Made by a program: the position numbers and the translations under genes
Shown here: positions 28,535 to 36,333 of the stretch, one piece after another
Position numbering within the stretch: position 1 is the stretch's first letter
How the letters are laid out: each line of letters begins with the position of its first letter
The notes under the pieces: generated by a model
Told to the model about the DNA's origin: nothing
The model's input: only the letters and a program-made list of their open reading frames with translations
Database searches by the model: none
NCBI GenBank assembly: GCA_017308255.1
Contig: JAFKFN010000017.1
Span: forward strand, 11,386 to 75,385
Origin: Altererythrobacter sp.
GTDB lineage: Bacteria; Pseudomonadota; Alphaproteobacteria; Sphingomonadales; Sphingomonadaceae
Direction: 5' to 3'
Length of the DNA stretch: 64,000 nucleotides

Positions 28535-28564
28535 AAGTCACTGACTTCATATTAGTCGATGAAG
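28535..28564. promoter_or_regulatory. Candidate FitAB operator
   Basis: AAGTCA-C-TGACTT and CTTCAT-N8-ATGAAG inverted repeats just upstream of the antitoxin SD. Confidence 0.5.
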
Positions 28565-28977
28565 GTGAAAATTGCAAGATGGGTTGGCGCCTCCCTTCGG
28601 GACCGCCGCTCTATCTTCGCTGCGCTTCGACCGAACCCCTGAAGGGTTTCGGCCCTGCCGGGTGACGATCAGCATGGCGAGGCGGCGCTGGCGCGCCGGT
28701 CGGTCAATCCGCCCCTGCGGATTGTAACTGTTCTGAGGTGCGGAGATCGGGCCAGGGCTGCGCCGGCCCGATCGCATTGTTTGTAGCTCTCCCCGTCGGT
28801 GGGGTGGGCGACGCTTCCCTTTAGGCCCGCCGCGCCGGGCCGCAACGCGCGGTAAGCCGCGCTTACCTCCTCTGCGTTCCGGCCCTTCGGGTGCGCCCCG
28901 GCTCCGCCGGCGGGCCTGCCGGTCCGCTCCTTCGCCGCCCACCCCATTCCGGGGTGAGTGCGGTTTGAAGGAGAAAT

Positions 28978-31017
28978 GTGATGAACGCTGTTACCGAAAC
29001 CGTAGCCGCCGAGCCTGTGTCGGGCGTCGAGATTTTCGTGCCGCTCGCCAAGCTCAAGAAGTCCCCGCGCAATGCCCGCAAGGTGCCGCATGGGGAGGCC
29101 GCTATCGAGGCGCTGGCCGCTTCGATCCAGCACAAGGGGCTGATCCAGAACCTTGTCGTGGAGCCCGAGACCAAGGAGGACGGGACGCCGACCGGCTATT
29201 ACCTCGTCACCGCAGGCGAGGGCCGCAGGCTGGCGATGCTGCTGCGCGCCAAGCGCAAGCAGATCAAGAAATCCGAGCCGGTGCGCTGCTGGCTCGATAC
29301 CGCCAATGACCCGTCCGAGATCAGTCTGGACGAGAATGTGACCCGGACCCCGATGCACCCCGCCGATCAGTTCGAGCGGTTCCGCGAGCTTGCGGACGGC
29401 AAGGGCTGGGGCGCGGAGGAAATCGGCGCGCGGTTCGGCGTGTCGGCGGGCGTGGTGAAGCAACGCCTTCGCCTTGGCGCCGTCTCCCCGAAGCTGTTGC
29501 AGGTCTATCGCGAGGACGGCCTTACGCTCGATCAGCTTATGGCCTTCGCCATCACCGAGGACCATGCTCGGCAGGAACAGGTTTTCGAGGGTCTGCATCA
29601 CAACCGCGAACCGTGGATCATCCGGCGCGACATGACCGCTGCCAACGTCCCGGCGACCGACCGGCGCGCGGTGTTCGTCGGAGCCGACGCCTATGTCGAG
29701 GCGGGCGGCAACATCCTCCGCGACCTGTTCAGCGAGGACCGGGGCGGGTTCTTCGAGGATGCAGGCTTGCTCGACATGCTCGCCATCGAGAAGCTGCGCG
29801 AGGTCGCAGGTGAGGTCGAGGCCGAGGGTTGGAAATGGGCCGAGGCTCATATCGACTACCCCCACGCCCACGGGATGCGGCGCTTCTATCCGCAAACCGT
29901 TCCGCTGTCCGACGAGGACGAGGCGCGGTTGGAGGCGCTGTCCGCCGAGCATGACGAGCTTGCCGAAGGCTATTCGTCCTATGACGAAATGCCCGAGGAC
30001 GTGGCGGCCAAGCTGGAGGCGGTGTCCGACGAGATCGACGCCATTTCCGAGAGGCGTTCGGCCTACGACGCCAATGTGATCGCGCATGGCGGCGCGTTCG
30101 TCGTGCTGCACCATGACGGCAGCGTTCGGATCGAGCGCGGTTTCGTTCGGGCCGAGGATGAGGCGCTGGCGGACCCCCAGCCCGAGCAGGAAGCCGAGGG
30201 CGATGCCACCGACCCGCAGACCGGGGAGCGCGAGCAGCCGGAGGACGGCGACGAGGACGCGCAGGAGATCGAGGAGGACGAGGAACCGGGCAAGCCCATT
30301 TCCGACAGCCTCACTCGCGACCTGTCCGCCTATCGGACGCTGGCGCTTCGCGTGGCCTTGGCCGACCAGCCGGATACGGCGTTGATCGCGCTGACCCACA
30401 CGCTCACCGCGCAACTGTTCTACAGCTATGCGGAGGCGGGTTGCCTTGAGGTCCGTCCGACCGTGACCCCTTTGGGGAGCCACGCGGACGGGATCGAGAA
30501 CACTCCCTTGGCGGCGCGGGCTAGCGAGGCGCATGAAGCGTGGGCCGAGCGGATGCCGCGCGACGTGGCCGACCTGTGGAGCTTCATCGTCAATCTGGAC
30601 GACGAGAAGCGGTTGGCGTTGCTGGCGCATTGCGCGGCCCGCACCGTCAACGCCCTGCGGCTGCCGTGGGACCGCAAGCCTCGGACGCTGCAAACCGCCG
30701 ACCGGCTGGCGAGCGCGCTGGCGCTGGACGTGGCGAAGGACTGGACGCCCACCGTGGACAGCTACCTTGGCCGCGTTACCAAGGCGCATATCGTGGAGGC
30801 CGTGACCGAGGGCGTTTCGGAGGATGCCGCGCGCTGTATCGCGGACATGAAGAAGCCGGAGATGGCGCAAGCCGCCGAGCAGCTTCTGGCCGGGACCGGC
30901 TGGCTTCCCGCAGTGCTGCGGACCCCGCAGCCGGAAGCGGAGCAGCCCGCCGAGGCCAGTGCGAGCGCGCCGCAGGACGCGGACGAGGAAGGCATCTACG
31001 CCGTCGCTGCCGAATAG
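28978..31017 (+). CDS. Long ParB/Spo0J-like protein
   Basis: SPRNARK, GLIQNLVV, AGEGRRLA, ENVTRTPMHPADQFERF; 679 aa; no ParA partner in the window. Confidence 0.9.
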   Translation: MMNAVTETVAAEPVSGVEIFVPLAKLKKSPRNARKVPHGEAAIEALAASIQHKGLIQNLVVEPETKEDGTPTGYYLVTAGEGRRLAMLLRAKRKQIKKSEPVRCWLDTANDPSEISLDENVTRTPMHPADQFERFRELADGKGWGAEEIGARFGVSAGVVKQRLRLGAVSPKLLQVYREDGLTLDQLMAFAITEDHARQEQVFEGLHHNREPWIIRRDMTAANVPATDRRAVFVGADAYVEAGGNILRDLFSEDRGGFFEDAGLLDMLAIEKLREVAGEVEAEGWKWAEAHIDYPHAHGMRRFYPQTVPLSDEDEARLEALSAEHDELAEGYSSYDEMPEDVAAKLEAVSDEIDAISERRSAYDANVIAHGGAFVVLHHDGSVRIERGFVRAEDEALADPQPEQEAEGDATDPQTGEREQPEDGDEDAQEIEEDEEPGKPISDSLTRDLSAYRTLALRVALADQPDTALIALTHTLTAQLFYSYAEAGCLEVRPTVTPLGSHADGIENTPLAARASEAHEAWAERMPRDVADLWSFIVNLDDEKRLALLAHCAARTVNALRLPWDRKPRTLQTADRLASALALDVAKDWTPTVDSYLGRVTKAHIVEAVTEGVSEDAARCIADMKKPEMAQAAEQLLAGTGWLPAVLRTPQPEAEQPAEASASAPQDADEEGIYAVAAE

Positions 31018-31027
31018 CGGCACTTGG

Positions 31028-31109
31028 GCCGGGGCCGTGCGAGCGGTCCCGGCTTTCTTCGGAACGACCAAAAAAAATTGCGGCCGCGCCCCTGATCGGG
31101 CGCGGCCGC
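31028..31109. terminator. Plus-strand terminator after parB-like gene plus a minus-strand terminator-like hairpin
   Basis: 10-bp stem + TTTCTT (31028-31059); A8 run then 12-bp stem at 31080-31109. Confidence 0.65.
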
Positions 31110-31695
31110 TTGGTGTCGGCTCCGGTGCGCCCGCCGCTCGGGCAGAGCGGGGGCGCTTGGAGGCGTGTCAAGAGAGGGCGTCGCACCATGCCGGTTCAAC
31201 AGGTGTTTACCGATCCCGTGAGCAGGGTCGCCGTTGGCGATAAGCACGCACCAAGCGGCCGGGATCTTCCACCGTGGCGCTGACATGCCCCGCCGTCCAT
31301 CTAGGGCGGCGCGCTGCCGGACTGCCGCATCATGTCAGTGTGGCAGAGTTCAGGCGATGAGAGCGGACACGGTTTGAGCTGGTCCGGCCGGATAGGCGGC
31401 ATGGGTTTGGCAGTGCGGGGTCGCCACAGCATTCCATCCTCGCATCGGCGCGACCGCATGGCCTCTCGATTGGCTTGATCTAACCGGGGCCGGCTTCGCC
31501 TTGCTCGGCCTGGCGCAACGCCGCCGCGCGGCTTTTTTCCGCCGCCTTCGGCTTTGCATCGCGAAACAAAAAAGCCGCGCGTCGCCATCCTCCGCTGTGC
31601 TCCGGCCGCAAGCGGTGCGCGTCCGATCATCCCCGCTTCACCGATCGCCATCGAGGCCGCGGCAGTCGCGGTCCGAAAGCGAAAGGAACTTCGAC

Positions 31696-31995
31696 ATGGC
31701 GATCATCGGCACCTTCACCCAGGCGGACAACGGCACCTTCACCGGCACCATCACCTCCGCGACTCTCAAACTCAAGGCGACTCTCCGCCCCATCGACATC
31801 GAAGGCGACAAGGCGCCCAACTACCGACTCCTGGTCGGGACGGTCGAATGCGGCGCAGGTTGGAAGAAGACCAGCCGCCAAGAGCGCGACTACATCTCGG
31901 TCAAGTTCGACGATCCGACCTTCCCGGCGCCGATCTACGCCACCCTGTCCGAGACCGACACCGCTGGCGAATACGCGCTCATCTGGTCTCGCTGA
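31696..31995 (+). CDS. DUF736 family protein
   Basis: IGTF...APNYR...GAGW...YISVKFDDP-F-APIYATL...LIWSR. Confidence 0.9.
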   Translation: MAIIGTFTQADNGTFTGTITSATLKLKATLRPIDIEGDKAPNYRLLVGTVECGAGWKKTSRQERDYISVKFDDPTFPAPIYATLSETDTAGEYALIWSR

Positions 31996-32003
31996 CCCCC
32001 AAC

Positions 32004-32034
32004 GGCGCCCCCGCTCCACCTGAGCGGGGGCGCC
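32004..32034 (+). terminator. Hairpin terminator after DUF736
   Basis: 13-bp perfect stem GGCGCCCCCGCTC/GAGCGGGGGCGCC; short U-tract. Confidence 0.55.
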
Positions 32035-32285
32035 TTGTCATGCCTCTTCTGGGCCATGAGAGACGGACGGGCTGGAGGCCCGGCATCGTCTGTGAGGTGC
32101 TTGGGGCGCTGCCCCCAGCGCCCTTCGGAGCGGCTTCCGCCCAGCTTCCTCCACGCGCGAGCGCGTTCCGTGCAGCCGGTTCCCCGCGAAGCCGCCCACT
32201 CCGGTTGCACCCCCGGTCTCGCCGACGGGCAGGGTTTCAGCGCGGCGCTCCGCTGCGCGGAAACCCAAGCCCAAAGGAGGCCAAA

Positions 32286-33128
32286 ATGCACTACCAGCTT
32301 GCCACTCGGTTCGGTCGCAACGCCCATCAGATCAGCGGCCGGGAGCCGCTCGATAACGAGGCGCTGTATCGGCACGTCCCGTCAATCTTCGCCCGCGAGG
32401 CGCACGACAGCCGTTCGGATCGCTATGTCTATGTCCCCACCATCGACATCGTAGAGGGGCTGCGTCGGGAAGGATGGTCGCCGTTCTTCGCGGTCCAGTC
32501 CGTTCCGCGCGACGGCAGCCGCCACGGCCACGCCAAGCACATGCTGCGCCTGCGCCGGGATGACGGCATCGGCAAGCCCGAGGCCGCAGAAGTCATCATC
32601 GTGAACAGCCATGACGGGACCAGTGCCTATCAGATGTTCGCCGGGATGCTGCGTTTCGTCTGCACCAACAGCATGATCGCGGGCGAGCGGTTTGAGGAGG
32701 TGCGCGTTCCCCATAAGGGCAACATCGAGCACGATATCATCGAAGGCGTTTACACCGTCGCCGAGGACTTCCCCCGGCTGATCGACGCCAGCGAGTCGAT
32801 GAAGGCGATCCAGCTTTCGCCGGATGAGCAGCGCTTGCTCGGCGAGGTTAGCCTTGTTGCTCGCTATGGCGACGACGAAAGCCCGATTCGGCCCGAGCAG
32901 ATCATTGAGCCGCGCCGCCGCGAGGATGTAGACCGCAGCCTGTGGACCACATTCAACGTCATTCAGGAGAATGTCGTTCGTGGCGGGTTGCATGGCCGCA
33001 AGCGCAATGCGGAGGGCCGTATCCGCCGCGTGCAAACCCGCGCCATCAACGGCATCGACCAGAACGTGACGCTTAATCGCGCGCTCTGGACGCTGGCTGA
33101 GGGGATGCAGCGCCTCAAGGCCGCCTGA
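32286..33128 (+). CDS. DUF932/DUF945 family protein
   Basis: PSIFA...HDSRSDRYVYVPT, NSHDGTSAYQMFAGMLRFVCTN, LWTTFNVIQEN, NRALW; SD AGGAGG. Confidence 0.92.
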   Translation: MHYQLATRFGRNAHQISGREPLDNEALYRHVPSIFAREAHDSRSDRYVYVPTIDIVEGLRREGWSPFFAVQSVPRDGSRHGHAKHMLRLRRDDGIGKPEAAEVIIVNSHDGTSAYQMFAGMLRFVCTNSMIAGERFEEVRVPHKGNIEHDIIEGVYTVAEDFPRLIDASESMKAIQLSPDEQRLLGEVSLVARYGDDESPIRPEQIIEPRRREDVDRSLWTTFNVIQENVVRGGLHGRKRNAEGRIRRVQTRAINGIDQNVTLNRALWTLAEGMQRLKAA

Positions 33129-33138
33129 CTGTTCCCCG

Positions 33139-33170
33139 CCGCAGGGCCGGAGTTCCGGCCCTGCGGTTTT
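33139..33170 (+). terminator. Intrinsic terminator after DUF932
   Basis: 12-bp perfect stem, AGTT loop, TTTT. Confidence 0.85.
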
Positions 33171-33282
33171 GCCGCTTGCGCGCCGATCCGCTGCGCCGGA
33201 TCGGCAGCGGCCGCGCGTCCCAAAGGTCCGCGCGGCCGCATGGGCGCGCTCACCGGGCTGGCGCCCGGCTCGCGGTGGGTAG

Positions 33283-33545
33283 TGGTAAAATCCCCAGCGC
33301 TGCCTTAAAAGGGCGATGGGCTGCTACGCGGCAGCCTGGGGTGTGGAAACCCCACGTTTAGCGGTTCGGCACCGGCCGTAACGGTGCCGCAATCCTTGAC
33401 CACGCGGTCGGGGAGCCTGTGACGTATGTCCAGGCGCTCCGGTGCTAAAGGTCACAGGAACCGTCTAAACGCGGTTTTCCAACTCCCCGATCAGGGTTCA
33501 GGAGCTGTTTGCGGGGGCGCACCGCAAACCAGCAGCCCCTGTGAG
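33283..33545 (+). ncRNA. Candidate structured non-coding RNA or long qseM leader
   Basis: Extended -10 TGGTAAAAT at 33283-33291; many nested and crossing helices with G-U pairs on the plus strand; no credible ORF. Confidence 0.45.
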
Positions 33546-33660
33546 TGTGCAGTAGGCAATGCAGATTCCGCGCGCAATTATGCCTGGCAAGCACGTCGAA
33601 AATGCTCGGCATTGTCCTATTGGTTAACGCGGACGGGAAGCCAAGGGCATGGTGGTCAAG

Positions 33661-33924
33661 ATGAGATTCGATGATCGGGCGCCCGATTCACCACAACTCA
33701 CCAGCTATGACGAAGGTCATCTGGCAGATTATCTGCGCTTGCTCGACGCCGACGCCGATGGGGCCGATTGGCGCGAGGCTGCGAGGCTGATCTTCGGCAT
33801 CGACACGACCGCCGAGCCGGATCGCGCGAAGACGATGCACGACTCTCACTTGGCCCGCGCGCGGTGGATGACTGAGGTTGGCTACGCTCATCTGCTCGGC
33901 TGTCAGCGCCCGCTAAACTGTTAA
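33661..33924 (+). CDS. qseM: QseM-like DUF2285 antiactivator
   Basis: TSYDEGHLADYLRLLDADADGADWREAARLIFGID...HDSHLARARWMTEVGYAHLL; alternative start 33649. Confidence 0.85.
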   Translation: MRFDDRAPDSPQLTSYDEGHLADYLRLLDADADGADWREAARLIFGIDTTAEPDRAKTMHDSHLARARWMTEVGYAHLLGCQRPLNC

Positions 33925-34072
33925 GATTTAACTCCAATCTGGATCGAGTTCCGGGGGTAATTGCTCCGCTCGCACGGCATGGTTGTGCGCGATCTTCGCC
34001 CTAGCAAACGTCAGTGGCGACCGGGATGTTCGGTGCTCCGAAATCCGCGCGAGGCGCGGTGGGGAGGATGCA

Positions 34073-34856
34073 ATGCCGACGCCGCCTGGGCGTCGCCAGC
34101 GACGCGCCGGCGGAATGTCCGACGCGCTCGGGCGCGCCGATCTAGCCGCGGAGTTCTTGCGGCGGAACCGCACCTACCGCGCCGAACATACGCAGATGCA
34201 AGAGCGCATCGACGAGGGCGCCGTCGCGAAGAACGCCGCCGAATTGGCGTTCGCGCGGCGCTGGGGGTTATCCTTTCGCCACGGCGCCGGATGACCTCTC
34301 GGAGCCGGTCGTCTGGCGCCCGGAGCTGACCGCTGTCACGGTCATTCTCGACGCTGCGCCGGAGGGATTCAAGACCGCCGCTCCGGTCGATCCTCGCGCA
34401 CTCGGGGCGCTGCTCGCCGACCTGGCCGGGATTGAAGGCCGCCACGTCATCGTCGCCGACGCGGCCGGCGAGCATCGACTCTGGCTGCGCGATGCGACCC
34501 CCGGCCGGCCGCTCGCGGCCATCATCCCGCTTGACAAGGATTTCCCCACCCGGATCGCCAGCTTGCTGCGTTTCCACCGCCGTCTGCTCGGCCGCGCTGC
34601 CGGGCCGCTGCCGCGCGGCTGGCCGCTTACCGCCTACCGGCTCGCCCGGCTCGACCTGATGCTCCGCGCGCTCGACCTGCGTGATGCCGGAGCAACCTAT
34701 CGCGAGATCGCCGCCGAGCTGGGGCGTGACGACGCGAACAAACTATCCGCGAGCGACTGGAAGATGTCGGCCTCGCGCTCGTTCGTCGTGCGGCTGGTCC
34801 GCGACGGCATCGCCATGATGAACGGCGACTACCGCAAGCTGCTCCGCATCCGCTGA
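34073..34856 (+). CDS. fseA: FseA-like transcriptional activator made by +1 programmed frameshift (DUF6499 ORF 34073-34294 joined to DUF2285 frame 34275-34856), 260 aa predicted
   Basis: SD GGAGG; AAEFLRRN; CGC.TGG.GGG.TTA.TCC.TTT.CGC at 34259-34279; the +1 frame is open with LRALDLRDAGATYREIA HTH. Confidence 0.88.
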
Positions 34857-34986
34857 TCCCCTCCCCGCTGCCACCCCGCGCGTGGGGGGGGTCACATCCG
34901 CGTAGCCGCACATCTTCATACCCCACCCAGCCGCCTCCGTTCTGACAATTACGCCTCCTGCCGCCACCGCCCGCAGGAGTCGTCAC

Positions 34987-35253
34987 TTGTCCGATACGCC
35001 CACCAACCTGCCGCCCCGCTTCCTGCGCACGCCGGAAGCCGCCCGCTTCCTCGGCCTCTCAGGCCGCACCCTTGAAAAGCACCGTTATTTCGGCACCGGC
35101 CCGGCCTACCGCCGGATCGGGGGCCGGGTGGTCTATTCGGTCGATGACCTGCGCGCCTGGGCCGATATCGGCATCAAGCATTCGACCTCCGATCCGGGGC
35201 AGGACGACCTCATGCCGCGCGCGGATTCGGCCATCGCCCGGAGCCGGCGATGA
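34987..35253 (+). CDS. rdfS: AlpA/MerR-type HTH excisionase (RdfS-like)
   Basis: FLRTPEAARFLGLSGRTLEKHRYFGTGPAYRRIGGRVVYSVDDL; TTG start, SD CAGGAG. Confidence 0.9.
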   Translation: MSDTPTNLPPRFLRTPEAARFLGLSGRTLEKHRYFGTGPAYRRIGGRVVYSVDDLRAWADIGIKHSTSDPGQDDLMPRADSAIARSRR

Positions 35254-35756
35254 CCGTCCCGCCGTCGCCCATGCGCCACCGCCAGCCGTCCGATGACGGC
35301 ATGACTCGCGTCGAACTGACGTGGATCGAGAAGCGGATTGAGCACTGGATCAGGTTCGGCCGCGTCGCCGTTGACGAGATCGTCGATCGCCGCCGCCGCA
35401 TCGTCCGCTTCCGCCCCGGCGCCATCTTCGCGTTCGTCCGCTGGGCGGCGAACGACTACGGCACGGTAAGCTCGCGCATCGACATCGTGCGCGCGGTCGG
35501 CGCGGGCGAGCCGTTCACGACACTGCCATTCGTGCGGCCGGGCGGCGACATCCTGCTCAAGATCGAGGGCTGGCCCAAGGTCAGCCAGGTGCTCGCCGCG
35601 ATCGACGCGGCCGAGGCGGCCGGCGTCGATCCGTGCGACGCCGCACCCGATCATTGGCGACACGTCGCCAACCGCATCGCCGCCGGACATCAGCCGCGCC
35701 CCTATACGCTGGAGCGCCATCGCGCCTGGCTCAAACGCCGAGAGATCGAAGGATGA
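35250..35756 (+). CDS. DUF2840 family protein
   Basis: TRVELTWIEKRIEHWIRFG, RWAANDYGT, PDHWRHV. Confidence 0.9.
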   Translation: MTVPPSPMRHRQPSDDGMTRVELTWIEKRIEHWIRFGRVAVDEIVDRRRRIVRFRPGAIFAFVRWAANDYGTVSSRIDIVRAVGAGEPFTTLPFVRPGGDILLKIEGWPKVSQVLAAIDAAEAAGVDPCDAAPDHWRHVANRIAAGHQPRPYTLERHRAWLKRREIEG

Positions 35757-36298
35757 CGCCCCGTGGATGGACCATCGCGACGGCTTCCGCCGCGTCGGTG
35801 TTCGCCGTGTCGTTCACTGCCGTCGCGATATTCGACCCGCTGCCGCGCGTCATCTGGAACGCCAGCGCCAGCGCACCGCTCGGCCTCTACCGGATAGAGC
35901 CCGACCGCGATCCCGCCGTCGGCACGCTGGTCGCCGTTACGCCGCCCGCGCCGCTGGCGCGGTGGCTGGCCGAGCGCAGCTATCTTGGTGAGCGTGTGCC
36001 GTTGTTGAAGCATGTCGCGGCCAAGCCGGGGCAGTTTGTGTGCCGGATCGGCGCCGTCGTGAGCGTCGATGCCCGGCCGGTCGCCGTTGCCCTGGCGCGT
36101 GACGGACGAGGCCGCTCGCTCCCCGTCTGGCAGGGCTGCCGCACGCTGCGCGGCAGCGAGCTGCTGATGCTCAACCCCCAACACGCGGACAGTATGGACG
36201 GCCGCTATTTCGGCCCGCTGCCGGCCTCGACCGTGCTCGGCCGCGCCGTCCCGATCCTCACCCGCGACACCCCCAACGCGTCGCTCGTGTGGCGCTGA
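35753..36298 (+). CDS. traF: S26 family pilin-processing peptidase TraF
   Basis: WNASASAPLGLY, LLKHVAA, SMDGRYFGP. Confidence 0.92.
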   Translation: MTPRGWTIATASAASVFAVSFTAVAIFDPLPRVIWNASASAPLGLYRIEPDRDPAVGTLVAVTPPAPLARWLAERSYLGERVPLLKHVAAKPGQFVCRIGAVVSVDARPVAVALARDGRGRSLPVWQGCRTLRGSELLMLNPQHADSMDGRYFGPLPASTVLGRAVPILTRDTPNASLVWR

Positions 36299-36333
36299 AC
36301 CCGCTCATCCCTGCCAACCCAAAGGAGAGTCCC

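Noticed and set aside
33298-33545. Group I/II intron, tmRNA or RNase P identity for the structured element
   Set aside because: No P7/J8-7, domain V, tRNA-like ends or GAGGAAAGUCC signature; no interrupted gene
33426-33674. 82-aa plus ORF, and a 55-aa minus ORF starting near 33612, as a qseC-like gene
   Set aside because: No HTH pattern; Cys-rich, random-looking composition
34073-34856. DUF2285 gene as a pseudogene or sequencing frameshift
   Set aside because: The break coincides exactly with the conserved programmed frameshift motif
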